Origin: an uncultured delta proteobacterium
GTDB taxonomy: Bacteria > Myxococcota_A > UBA9160 > SZUA-336
Length of the DNA stretch: 64,000 bases
Assembly: GCA_963704165.1 (NCBI GenBank)
Contig: CAVPHD010000011.1
Location: 25,539-89,538 of the forward strand
Reading direction: 5' to 3'
Every line of letters starts with the position of its first letter. Positions within the stretch are counted from its first letter, which is position 1. The notes beneath the pieces are model-generated. The model did no database searches, was not told the DNA's origin, and was given only the letters and a program-made list of their open reading frames with translations. Shown here in pieces: positions 9,942 through 19,346 of the stretch. The translations under genes and the position numbers were made by a program.

Positions 9942-11576
9942 TCAGAGCGGGAGCGATTGGTACAGGCCCGTGCGCTCGAAGCCGTGGCGCTGATAGTACG
10001 GGCGCGTGCCGACCGCGGAGATGACGGCGAGCCGCCTGAAGCCTGCGCTGCGGGCGCGCGCCGCGGCGCGCGCGATCAGCAGCCCGCCGAGACCTCTGTG
10101 CTGGGCATGACGCGGAGCGCGAGCCCCGAGCGGTGCGAGAGCGCCGTAGACGTGAAGCTCCCGAAGGAGCGCCGAATCGCGAAGCTCGTCGAGCCAGGCC
10201 GGTTCGGCGGGCAGCCAGAGACGCGCGAATCCGAGGAGCCGATCCGCTCCGCCCTCGAACTCGAGGAAGATCTCGCGACCGCGGGCAGCGGCGTATTCCG
10301 TCTCGCGCGGACGCGGCTCTCCCGCCGACTCGGCCTCGGCTCGCACCTCGCGGGCTCGGATGTCAGAGGACGACCGACCCGTCGCCCGCAGCCGCGACTC
10401 GGCGAGCTCGCGCAGGTTCGCGGTGGTGCTGCCGGCGAGGATGTCCTGCGACGAGATGTCGCGCACGATTCGCGAGAGTCGGCACCAGCGCGGAGTCTGC
10501 GCCATGCAGTCCGCGAGCAGCGACACGAGCTCCTCGTCCGAATACGGACGCCACTCGCCGGAGCGCCAGTGCGCGACCAGATCGGTGCCTTCGATCAGAA
10601 AACACGGGTAGATCTTGAGTTCGTCCGGTCGCAGCGCCGGATCGTCGAAGAGGCGCGCGAAGTCCACGCGATCGTCGACGGGCGACGAGCCGAGCAGGTT
10701 CGGCATCCAGTGCGCGTGGAGCTTGAAGCCGGCGGAGCGCAGCAGCTCCATCGCGTCGCGCGCCTCTCGCACGCCATGACCGCGGTCGTTTCGACGCAGA
10801 ACCTCGTCCGAGAGGCTCTGGATTCCGAGCTGGATCTTCGTCGCCCCGAATCTGCGCAGCTCGACCACTTCGCGGCGCGAGATCTGATCGGGCCGCGTCT
10901 CGAGCGAGAGCCCGACACAGCGAAGCTCCGCGCGTTCGTTCGCGTCCTGCACGGCTTCGAGATCGGGCCAGGTGGCACGCTCTCCGGCGTCGGGCTCGAA
11001 CGGCACCTCGCCGAATCGATTCAGCGCTTCGAGGCAACGCTTCACGAACCAGATCCGGTACGGAAGCGGGTACGCCGACCAGGTGCCCCCGAGTACGATC
11101 AGCTCCACCTTGTCGACGGCGTGGCCGATCGCGCGGTAGTCGCGCAGTCGCCCGGTCGTCTGCGCGAACGGATCGAATGCGTACCGCGCGGCGCGCTGGC
11201 AGCCCGGCTCGGCGGAGAGGTAGCTCTTGGGCATGCGAACGTCGGTCGGACAGAAGATGCAGCGCCCCGGGCACGGGTGCGGCTTGGTGAAGACGGTGAC
11301 CGGAGCGACACCGGAAAGCGTACGGATCCGCCGGCGTCGCAGACGCAACGCGAGCTCGGCCCCGCGATCGCCGAGCGCGAGCTGCTCCGAGAATGCCGCC
11401 AGGCCCGCGAGCAGCTGCGAGCGCGAGAACAGCCCCCGACCCGCGCGCGGATGCCGGCGCAGCAGGGCGTCGAGCTCGTGCTCGTCGCAGCTCGGTGCCT
11501 CGGCGAGCTCGCGGAGGACCGAAACGAGCGCGGCTTCATGACTGCGCGGGTCGAAGTCCGTCCGGCTCGAGTGCAC
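9942..11576 (-). CDS. elp3: Elp3 family tRNA uridine(34) acetyltransferase (radical SAM + GNAT)
   Basis: RTLSGVAPV..KPHPCPGRCIFCP, PKSY..EP, GHAVDKVELIVLGGT, ETRPD, PDELKIYP, RELHVYG, QHRGLG, VISAVGTRPYY; GTG start with GGGAG RBS. Confidence 0.93.
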   Translation of the reverse strand: MHSSRTDFDPRSHEAALVSVLRELAEAPSCDEHELDALLRRHPRAGRGLFSRSQLLAGLAAFSEQLALGDRGAELALRLRRRRIRTLSGVAPVTVFTKPHPCPGRCIFCPTDVRMPKSYLSAEPGCQRAARYAFDPFAQTTGRLRDYRAIGHAVDKVELIVLGGTWSAYPLPYRIWFVKRCLEALNRFGEVPFEPDAGERATWPDLEAVQDANERAELRCVGLSLETRPDQISRREVVELRRFGATKIQLGIQSLSDEVLRRNDRGHGVREARDAMELLRSAGFKLHAHWMPNLLGSSPVDDRVDFARLFDDPALRPDELKIYPCFLIEGTDLVAHWRSGEWRPYSDEELVSLLADCMAQTPRWCRLSRIVRDISSQDILAGSTTANLRELAESRLRATGRSSSDIRAREVRAEAESAGEPRPRETEYAAARGREIFLEFEGGADRLLGFARLWLPAEPAWLDELRDSALLRELHVYGALAPLGARAPRHAQHRGLGGLLIARAAARARSAGFRRLAVISAVGTRPYYQRHGFERTGLYQSLPL

Positions 11577-11596
11577 CGTTTCTCCCGTGTGATCCC

Positions 11597-12329
11597 GTGA
11601 ACGAACCCACCGCGCGCGCGCTGAATGCCCTGAACCAGCGCTTCTACACCGACTCCGCCGAGGCGTTCGCGGAAACGAGGCGCGCGCCATGGCCTGGCTG
11701 GCAGGAGCTTCTGCCGTTTCTCCGTCGCTTTCCCCGAGTCTCGGTCCTCGATGTCGGCTGCGGGAACGGCCGCCTCGCGAGCTATCTCCGCACCGCGCTC
11801 GGTGCTCCCTTTCTGTACTGCGGGATCGACTCCAGCGCACCCCTCCTGGCGATCGCGCGAGACCGAGCTCGCGGGCCTTTCCGACATCCGCCTGCTCCGC
11901 GCGGATCTGGTCCTCGAGCCAGCGGACCGCGCGCTGCCGGACGAGACGTTCGCGTTCGTGGGCGTGTTCGGGCTCCTGCACCACGTTCCCGGCGAATCGC
12001 GTCGCCGCGATCTCCTGCGCGCGCTGACCCAGCGGGTTGCGCCGGGCGGGTTTCTCGCACTCGCGTTCTGGGACTTCGCACGCGAGCCACGCTTCGAGCG
12101 AAAAATCCTGGCGAGCCCTCCCGCCGAGATCCGCGACGATCTCGAGCCCGGGGACGTCCTCCTACGCTGGGGTGCCGAGGGCTCGTCCGAGCTCCGGTAC
12201 TGCCACCACACCGACGAGGCCGAGGAGCTGCGCCTGCTCGCCGATCTGCCGCTGGTGTCACGGCTCGCCTTCTCGAGCGACGGAGCCCATGGTCGCTCGA
12301 ACCGCTACCGGGTTCTCGAGCGGCTTTGA
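11597..12329 (+). CDS. Trm9/ALKBH8-like class I SAM methyltransferase (frameshift near 11860)
   Basis: FY...AEAFAETRRAPWP, LDVGCGNGR, GIDSS in frame 1; GLLHHVPGESRR, PGG..ALAFW, RYCHH in frame 2. Confidence 0.75.
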
Positions 12330-12360
12330 CTCGGAATCGCGGCTGACAAACAATCGCGCC

Positions 12361-13014
12361 ATGAATCCCCCGTTCTCCGCCGTGGATCTCGAGCCGCCTT
12401 CCCGGCGCGAGTTGCGCAAGGCCCGAACCCATCGCCAGCTGCTCGATGCGGCTCGCCGCCTGTTCGTGAAGCTCGGCTACGACGCCACCCGCCCCCAGGA
12501 CATCGCGCGCGCGGCGGGCGTCGCGACGGGGACGTTCTACCTGCATTTCGAGGACAAGCGCGACGCATTCCTCGCCTTCACCGACGAAGCCGCGCACGAG
12601 CTCATGGAGCGGGTGCGCGCGCGGACGTCCGCGGTGCAGAGCTTCGCGGAGCGGCTGCTGCTCTCCCTCGAGGTCATCACCGAGTACTCCGAGCGCCACC
12701 CGGGCGTGCTCGCAGCCGCCTTCGCGGAGGCGAGCGTGATCGCCGCGGGAGCTCCGGAATCGGCGAGCCTTCGCGACCGGCTCGCGCAGTCGCTCGCTCA
12801 GGCGCTCCGCGAGGGGATGTCGCGCGGGGAGCTGCGGAGCGACTACGACCCGACGCTGATCGCACACGCGATCGTCGGACTGGCTCAGCAAGGCCTTCGC
12901 TTCGGAACACAGGGACGTGTCGAGCGCCGTATGCTGCTCGAGACCCTGGTCCGCTTCTGCGCGCGCGCGCTGGTGACGGAGAACGACGTCGAACACGAGG
13001 AGGTCACGAGATGA
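12361..13014 (+). CDS. TetR/AcrR family transcriptional regulator
   Basis: LLDAARRLF...GYDATRPQDIARAAGVATGTFYLHFEDK. Confidence 0.93.
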   Translation: MNPPFSAVDLEPPSRRELRKARTHRQLLDAARRLFVKLGYDATRPQDIARAAGVATGTFYLHFEDKRDAFLAFTDEAAHELMERVRARTSAVQSFAERLLLSLEVITEYSERHPGVLAAAFAEASVIAAGAPESASLRDRLAQSLAQALREGMSRGELRSDYDPTLIAHAIVGLAQQGLRFGTQGRVERRMLLETLVRFCARALVTENDVEHEEVTR

Positions 13015-14036
13015 CCAGGCTTCGCTACAGCGCCGAAGAGCTGCTCCGATCCCACGACTTCGCGCGCCCGCAGATCGAGGCCGGACATCGCCTGCACGGC
13101 GGGTTCGACGCCGAGGGCCGCTACGTGCCGCCGCGGACGCTCTTCCGGGGACCCGCCCTCGACGCCTGGACGCGGCGGCTTCGCGAGCGCGGCGGAGACC
13201 TGCTCGCGGCGGACGCGTCGCTCCTCTCCGGTGCGCGCTACCCGTCCGACGCCCAGCAGAAGCTCCTGATCCGCGAGGGTCTCGGGCAGACCTTCTGGAA
13301 CTCGCTGACCATCATCGGAACGATCGAGGCGCGCGGGCGCGCGCTCGCCGACCTGCCCTTCCCCGACTTCCGCGACCTGGTGCGACAGGACGTGTCCGAC
13401 CTCGCGATCGGGCACCTGAACCAGGGACTGCTGCGCGCGCACGGGCTCGACGAAGGCGGCGAGCCGGAGGCGGGCATCGGCGGCCACGACGTGATGTGGT
13501 TTGCGCTCCGCGATCTCGCGTTCGGCAAGATGGACTTCCCGATGCCGCTCGTACCCGAGAACATCGCGCGACCCGATTCGAACGCGGCGCTCTTTCCCGA
13601 GCTTCCGATCGAGTTCGAGCGATTCGTGCACTTCCTCGGAAATCTGCTGATGATCGAGTTCCGCGCCGAGCGCGGGTTCACCTCGACCGAGAACCTGCTT
13701 CGCGATCCAGACCTCTTCACGAGGCGGCGCGCCGAGGCCGAGCACGCCGCCGAGATCGTGAACCGGATCCGCATCGACGAGGCCGTGCACGTGCATTCGC
13801 TGCGCCTGTATCTCGGCGAGCTGCGCACGCTCGACTTCAAGACGGTGAAGGGAGGCTCGATCCCGGGCCGCGACGTCGTGGACACGTTCTGGGAGGGGAT
13901 CGTGAAGTGGGCGACGATCGAGCAACCTCCGCTCGCCGCCTCCCAGCAGAAGAAGCTGCTGCTCGAGCGGATCGCAGCCCATCCCGAAAGCGCGCGCGTC
14001 ACGCGAGAGTTCCTCGCGCTCGAGGACCGCGACTGA
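13011..14036 (+). CDS. uncharacterised ferritin-like (putative diiron carboxylate) protein
   Basis: Candidate ligand set IE...DE(x10)H...IE...DEAVH; ATGA-coupled to the TetR gene. Confidence 0.6.
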   Translation: MTRLRYSAEELLRSHDFARPQIEAGHRLHGGFDAEGRYVPPRTLFRGPALDAWTRRLRERGGDLLAADASLLSGARYPSDAQQKLLIREGLGQTFWNSLTIIGTIEARGRALADLPFPDFRDLVRQDVSDLAIGHLNQGLLRAHGLDEGGEPEAGIGGHDVMWFALRDLAFGKMDFPMPLVPENIARPDSNAALFPELPIEFERFVHFLGNLLMIEFRAERGFTSTENLLRDPDLFTRRRAEAEHAAEIVNRIRIDEAVHVHSLRLYLGELRTLDFKTVKGGSIPGRDVVDTFWEGIVKWATIEQPPLAASQQKKLLLERIAAHPESARVTREFLALEDRD

Positions 14037-14060
14037 CGGCGGAGAGCGCGACGACCTCGC

Positions 14061-14693
14061 TCACCCCAACGGAAAGCCGAGCGCCGACTCGAGTTCGGCG
14101 AGCGCCTGTTCCGCCGAATCGACCTTGATCGTGTGCATGCCGAGCGCGCGCGCGGCTTTCAGGTTCGTGCCGATGTCGTCGAGAAACACCGACGCACCCG
14201 GCGAGACACCGAGCTCGCGGCAGACGTGCTGGTAGATGCGCGGATCGGGTTTGCGAAGCCCGACGATCGCGGACTCGACGAAGGCGTCGAAGAGCCCGCG
14301 CAGATCCTGACCCATCCGGTTCTCGCTCGGCTCGTCGGCGACCCAGTTGTTCGTGAGCGCGCCCACCCGCAGTCCGCGCGCGCGTATCGCTCGGATCGCC
14401 GCGATCATGCGCGGCCGCGGCGCACTCGCGCCTCGGATCGCCTCCATCATCCGCGCGGCCGAGATCGTCTGCCCCGCGTCGGCGCAATCGCGCTCGAAGG
14501 CCGGGATCCACGCCTCGACGCGGAGCTCGCCGCGTTCGAGCCGCGACCACGCTCCGCCCGGACCCGTCGACACGACGACGCGGTTCACGAATCCCGCCGG
14601 GATACCCGCCTCTCGCTCGTAGCGCGCGATCGCATGGAGCGGAGAGTCGAGCACGACGCCACCGAGATCGAAGATCACTGCTTCGTGAGACAT
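14061..14693 (-). CDS. HAD family phosphatase (sEH/ACAD10 N-terminal-like)
   Basis: IFDLGGV, LTNNW, GLRKPDPRIY, FLDDIGTNL. Confidence 0.9.
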   Translation of the reverse strand: MSHEAVIFDLGGVVLDSPLHAIARYEREAGIPAGFVNRVVVSTGPGGAWSRLERGELRVEAWIPAFERDCADAGQTISAARMMEAIRGASAPRPRMIAAIRAIRARGLRVGALTNNWVADEPSENRMGQDLRGLFDAFVESAIVGLRKPDPRIYQHVCRELGVSPGASVFLDDIGTNLKAARALGMHTIKVDSAEQALAELESALGFPLG

Positions 14694-14758
14694 GGGCGGC
14701 GATCATAGCTCGCGACGCTGGCGGGCACGGACCGGAGCGGCTACGCATTTTCCGGGGG

Positions 14759-15277
14759 ATGAGAGTGCGAGAGCACCGGATCCGAACCTGCGCGTGCGCG
14801 CTTTCGCTGTCGGCGCTGATGCTGGCGGGAGTGGCGGCGGCGGAGGATCGTGCGAGAGAGCGTACGTTCGCCGAGCACGTCTGGACGGTGGCGGCGTATC
14901 TGCCGAACCGGCTCTTCGACCTTTGCGACATCGCGCGGATCCACGTTCGCGTCGGCGACGGCTTCGCCGCCGGCGCACGGGTCACCCGCTACCTGCCGGT
15001 CTTCGTGGGCGACTACCAGGCGATCTGGTTCGGCCTGCCGGGACCGCGTGGCCGCGCACGCCTGCCGATTCCCGCGGGCGCCGAGGGCCAGAAGGGTCTC
15101 GAAGCCGGCACGGTGAGTCTCGGCAGCACCTCGAAGGCGCCGGCGTACGGCGTCGGTGAGATCGGCGCGGGCGCGATGATCTATCTCATCGGATTCGAGG
15201 TCGGCGTCGATCCGTACGAGCTCGTCGATTTCCTCGCCGGCTTCGCGACGGTGGACATCGCGAGCGACGACTTCTGA
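14759..15277 (+). CDS. hypothetical exported protein
   Basis: Signal peptide ending in AAA; plausible codon usage; fills the gap upstream of the AKR gene. Confidence 0.65.
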   Translation: MRVREHRIRTCACALSLSALMLAGVAAAEDRARERTFAEHVWTVAAYLPNRLFDLCDIARIHVRVGDGFAAGARVTRYLPVFVGDYQAIWFGLPGPRGRARLPIPAGAEGQKGLEAGTVSLGSTSKAPAYGVGEIGAGAMIYLIGFEVGVDPYELVDFLAGFATVDIASDDF

Positions 15278-15293
15278 TGTCCGGCGGTCGGCC

Positions 15294-16241
15294 ATGAAGT
15301 ACCGGCGGCTCGGATCGAGCGGTCTCGTCGTCTCGGAGCTCGCGCTCGGCTCCTGGCTCACGCTCGGCGGCAGCGTCGGCGCGGCCGCGAGCGAAGAGAT
15401 CGCGCGCCACGCGTTCGACCTCGGCGTGAACCTCTTCGACTCCGCGGACGCCTACTCGAACGGCGAAGCCGAGCGCGTCCTCGGTCGCGCGCTCGCGGGC
15501 CTGCCGCGCGCGCGTCTCGTGATCGCGACGAAGTGCTTCTTCCCGATGTCGGACGATCCCAACGATCGAGGCCTCTCGCGGAAGCACTTGTTCGAGAGCG
15601 TCGAGGCGTCCCTCCGCCGACTCGGTACCGACTACCTCGACCTGCACCAGTGTCACCGCGCCGATCCCGAGACCCCGCTCGAGGAGACCGTCCGCGCCTA
15701 CGAGGATCTGATCCGTCAGGGCAAGGTTCTGTACTGGGGCGTCTCGGGGTGGAGTGCGGATCTCGTCGCGCACGCGTGCCGGATCTCGGACGCGACCGGC
15801 GGGTATCGGCCGATCTCGAACCAGCCGCAGTACTCGCTTCTGCACCGCGAGATCGAGCGCGACCTGCTCGGCGCACACGCGCGCCTCGGTCTCGGTCAGA
15901 TCGTGTGGAGTCCGCTCGCGCAAGGCGTTCTGTCGGGGAAGTACGCTGGCAAGGCGCGCCCCGAAGGATCGGGGATCACGGTTCCGGCGCGCGCGCGGTT
16001 TCTCGAAAAGCTGCTCTCGGACGCGAATCTCGCGCGCGTCGAGCGCATGCGCCCGCTCGCGGAAGAGCTCGGCATCACGCCCGCCCAGCTCTCGCTCGCC
16101 TGGTGTCTGCGGCAGGCCGAGGTCGCGAGCGTGATCGTCGGCGCGACGCGACCCGAGCAGCTCGACGAGAACGCCGAGGCCTCGGGGCTCACGCTTCCCG
16201 CGCCGACGCTCCGCAAGCTCGAGCGGATCTTCGCGCGCTGA
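15294..16241 (+). CDS. aldo/keto reductase (Kv-beta/Tas-like)
   Basis: LGSSGLVVSELALG, FDSADAY, IATK, GLSRKH, WSPLAQG. Confidence 0.93.
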   Translation: MKYRRLGSSGLVVSELALGSWLTLGGSVGAAASEEIARHAFDLGVNLFDSADAYSNGEAERVLGRALAGLPRARLVIATKCFFPMSDDPNDRGLSRKHLFESVEASLRRLGTDYLDLHQCHRADPETPLEETVRAYEDLIRQGKVLYWGVSGWSADLVAHACRISDATGGYRPISNQPQYSLLHREIERDLLGAHARLGLGQIVWSPLAQGVLSGKYAGKARPEGSGITVPARARFLEKLLSDANLARVERMRPLAEELGITPAQLSLAWCLRQAEVASVIVGATRPEQLDENAEASGLTLPAPTLRKLERIFAR

Positions 16242-17127
16242 TCAGAAGCTGCCGCGAATCCGCAGCGCTTGGAAGAGATCCTCGCCCGCACCCGAAAGCG
16301 TGACGCGGTACGCGCGAGCGGAGCTCACCACCCACCACTGCGCGCTCGCCGACTCCGCGAAGACGCGCGTAGCGCTCCAGGTCCGAGTCGGAGATCCAAC
16401 GGAAGGCGTAGAGGTTCCAGCGCAGAACCTGCTCCGCTGCGATCGGATACAGAGCCGGCTCTTCGCCCGCGTAGCGCACGCGAAGCTCGCGAAACGGCTC
16501 GGCCGTGGATGCGGGAATTCCCTCGACGATCGCGGCGAGGCCCGAGTCCAACATCGCGCGGTTCAACCAGACGGCGGTCTGCGAGGTGAGCAACGCGCGA
16601 TCGATGCGGCGCAGCAGCTCGACGCGTTCGCTCGGCACGCTGGCGAGGTCGAGGTGCTCGCTCCAGTTCTGGAACTTCGCGAGCCGACGGACGTCGTGTC
16701 GGTTCGAATGCGCGCGCAGGATTCGCTGCCCGAGCCAGGACTCGTGGAACGCGAAGACCTCGCGCGCGGCCTCGGCGTCCCAGACGGACGAGATCGCGGT
16801 GGACATCCGGTCGAAGAGCCGCTGTGGGCCGTAGGCGCGCCGGATCGCCGCGCGCAGGACGACCTCTTGCGAGGGATCGACGCTCGCGCCGAGCGACTCG
16901 ATCGCGGCGTGCAGCGCCGTGCCCCAGCTCGCGAGCTCGAACTCGCTTTGCTGCGCGCGAAGCAGCGCCCGAGCGCCGAGACCCGGCTTCGCGACGGCCT
17001 CGGGAATGTCCTTGGGAAGCTCGACCGCGGGACCGTACAGCCACGTGCAGCCGGTCAGTCCGAGCGTGAGCACGACGCACGTGCACAGCCGCGCCACCGC
17101 ACTTCGCCGCGCGAGACGAGTCTCCAT
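16189..17127 (-). CDS. hypothetical lipoprotein (C-terminus likely frameshifted near 16365)
   Basis: Lipobox LTGC; helical protein with a DUF2059-like AFHESWLGQRI segment. Confidence 0.6.
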   Translation of the reverse strand: METRLARRSAVARLCTCVVLTLGLTGCTWLYGPAVELPKDIPEAVAKPGLGARALLRAQQSEFELASWGTALHAAIESLGASVDPSQEVVLRAAIRRAYGPQRLFDRMSTAISSVWDAEAAREVFAFHESWLGQRILRAHSNRHDVRRLAKFQNWSEHLDLASVPSERVELLRRIDRALLTSQTAVWLNRAMLDSGLAAIVEGIPASTAEPFRELRVRYAGEEPALYPIAAEQVLRWNLYAFRWISDSDLERYARLRGVGERAVVGGELRSRVPRHAFGCGRGSLPSAADSRQLLISARRSARACGASAREA

Positions 17128-17215
17128 CGAGCCTGTATTCGGCGCGTGCGCGCGGCGGCTATACCCCGAACCGAGTCCGGGATGCGATCATGTCCCGAAC
17201 GCGCGGAGGTGATCG

Positions 17216-18028
17216 ATGGAGCCCCAGGACGTCCGCTACGAGATCGAGGGTCCGATCGCGCTGATCACGCTCGATCGCCCTCGCTATCGCAACGCCCAGA
17301 GCTGGCGGATGCTCGATCAGCTCGACTCCGCGCTCGACCGCGCCTGCGACGACAAGTCGGTGAAGGTCGCGATCGTGCGCGGCGCGGGCGAGCACTTCTC
17401 CGCCGGACACGACCTCGGGACGCCGGAGCAGATCGCGGATCGGAAACAGCGCGGCATTCCCGACACCGGTCTGCTCGACTACGAGACGTTTCGAAAGTAC
17501 AACCTCGACTACACGCTGAAGTGGCGAAACTTGCCCAAGCCCACCGTCGCGATGGTGCGCGGGTACTGCATCTACGGCGGCTGGATGATCGCGGCGGCGA
17601 TGGACGTCGTCTTCGCCTCGCCCGAGACACGCTTTCTCGCCGGACAGGTCGAGTACTTCTCGATTCCCTGGGACGTCGGCGCGCGCAAGGCGAAGGAGCT
17701 TCTCTTCGAGTCCCGCTTCATCACGGCGGACGAGGCACGCGAGCTCGGTCTCGTCAATCGCGTGATCGCCGCCGACGCGCTCGAAGCCGAGACGATCGCC
17801 TGGGCGAAGCGGGTCGCCGAGAACCCGCACGGCGTCCTGCGCATGGCCAAGCTCGCGATCAACAAGGTTCAGGACCTGCAGGGCTTCAGCACGTCCATGG
17901 AGGGGGCCTTCGCCGACTTCCTGGTGCTCGCCCAGATGGGCGGACACCCGCGGAAGCCCGCGAAGGACCGGCGACTCGGTGGTGTCGATCTGGCGTTGCG
18001 CGGCGCGCGCGGTGAGCGGGAGCGCTAG
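17216..18028 (+). CDS. enoyl-CoA hydratase/isomerase family protein
   Basis: ITLDRPRYRNAQ, FSAGHDL, PKPTVAMVRGYCIYGG. Confidence 0.92.
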   Translation: MEPQDVRYEIEGPIALITLDRPRYRNAQSWRMLDQLDSALDRACDDKSVKVAIVRGAGEHFSAGHDLGTPEQIADRKQRGIPDTGLLDYETFRKYNLDYTLKWRNLPKPTVAMVRGYCIYGGWMIAAAMDVVFASPETRFLAGQVEYFSIPWDVGARKAKELLFESRFITADEARELGLVNRVIAADALEAETIAWAKRVAENPHGVLRMAKLAINKVQDLQGFSTSMEGAFADFLVLAQMGGHPRKPAKDRRLGGVDLALRGARGERER

Positions 18029-19284
18029 CTCGGCTTCTTCCGCACCTCGATCGAGAGCGTCTTCAATCCGCGCAGGATGTAGCTCGGTTCGTACTCGAAG
18101 GTCTGCCCGGGCGCGAACGCGATTCGATCGACGCGCTTCACGATCTCTTCGAACGCGATTCGCGTTTCGAGCCGAGCGAGCGGCGCGCCGATGCAGAAGT
18201 GCGCCCCGCGTCCGAAGGCGATGTGATCGCGCAGGTTCTCGCGCGTCGGATCGAATCGGTCGGGGTCGGGGAAAACGCGCTCGTCGCGATTCGCCGAGCC
18301 GAACATGATCCAGAGCATCGAGCCCTTCGGCACCCGGACGCCGCCGAGCTCCGCATCGCGGAGCGCGACCCGGAACATGCCCTGATTCGGCGTCGAGAGC
18401 CGCAGCGACTCTTCGATCATCGCAGGGATCCTCGAAGGGTCGCGCTGAATCCGCCGCCATTCCTCCGGATTCTCGATCAGCAGCCGGATCGTCTCGTTCA
18501 GGAGCTTCGTGGTGGTCTCGTTTCCGGCGACCATCAGCTGCTGAATGATCGAGAGCAGCTCGGGAATCGCGAGCAGACGCTCGGCCCCGGTCTCGTCCTC
18601 GAACTGCGCCCGCGCGAGGTCGGTCAGGAAGTCGTCGCGCGGGCGTGTGCGCCGGTCCGCGAACTCCGACGCCCAATAGTGTTGCATCTCGACGAGCCCG
18701 CGCGCGGCCTCGAGCCGCCGGGCGTCGTCGATCTCGACCCCGAGCGCGGCGACCGAGTCGTCCGACCAGGGCTTGATCCTCGGCTCGACCTCGGGCTTCA
18801 TGCCGAGCGCGAACGAGATCACGCGAACCGGGAACGACACCGCGAACTCGTCGTGAAACGGCACGATCCCGCGCTCGGGCCAGCGCGAGACCAGATCGGC
18901 GCAGAGCTCGCGAATGCGCGGCTCGAGCGCGAGGATGCGCCGGCTCGAGAACGCGCGGCCGACCGTCTTCCGATAGCGCGTCTGAAGCGGCGGGTCGGCG
19001 GTCAGCATCGTGTTCACGGGCGGGAAGCCCTTCGAGAGAATTCCGAGCAGCTCCGCTCGGACCCCGCCGGCGGGCAGCGTCGCCGTGTTCGCGAGCTGCG
19101 ACGAGTAGATCTCGGGGGCGGCCAGCACCTCGTTCACCCGATCCAGCGTCGATACGAAGAACATCCCCGTTCTCGGATGGCGAAAGACGGGAGCTCGGCG
19201 GCGAAGCTCGGCGTAGAAGGGGTACGGGTTCTGCTGGACCGATCGCTCCATCGGGTCATAGGTGTCGAGATCGAGATCGCCCAC
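18025..19284 (-). CDS. cytochrome P450
   Basis: AGNETT, EESLR, HIAFGRGAHFCIGAPLAR heme motif. Confidence 0.96.
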   Translation of the reverse strand: MGDLDLDTYDPMERSVQQNPYPFYAELRRRAPVFRHPRTGMFFVSTLDRVNEVLAAPEIYSSQLANTATLPAGGVRAELLGILSKGFPPVNTMLTADPPLQTRYRKTVGRAFSSRRILALEPRIRELCADLVSRWPERGIVPFHDEFAVSFPVRVISFALGMKPEVEPRIKPWSDDSVAALGVEIDDARRLEAARGLVEMQHYWASEFADRRTRPRDDFLTDLARAQFEDETGAERLLAIPELLSIIQQLMVAGNETTTKLLNETIRLLIENPEEWRRIQRDPSRIPAMIEESLRLSTPNQGMFRVALRDAELGGVRVPKGSMLWIMFGSANRDERVFPDPDRFDPTRENLRDHIAFGRGAHFCIGAPLARLETRIAFEEIVKRVDRIAFAPGQTFEYEPSYILRGLKTLSIEVRKKPS

Positions 19285-19346
19285 GTCGCACCTCGAGTCG
19301 GGCCGCCGTGAGACACTTCTAGCACGAATCGAACGGGGGATCGGCG

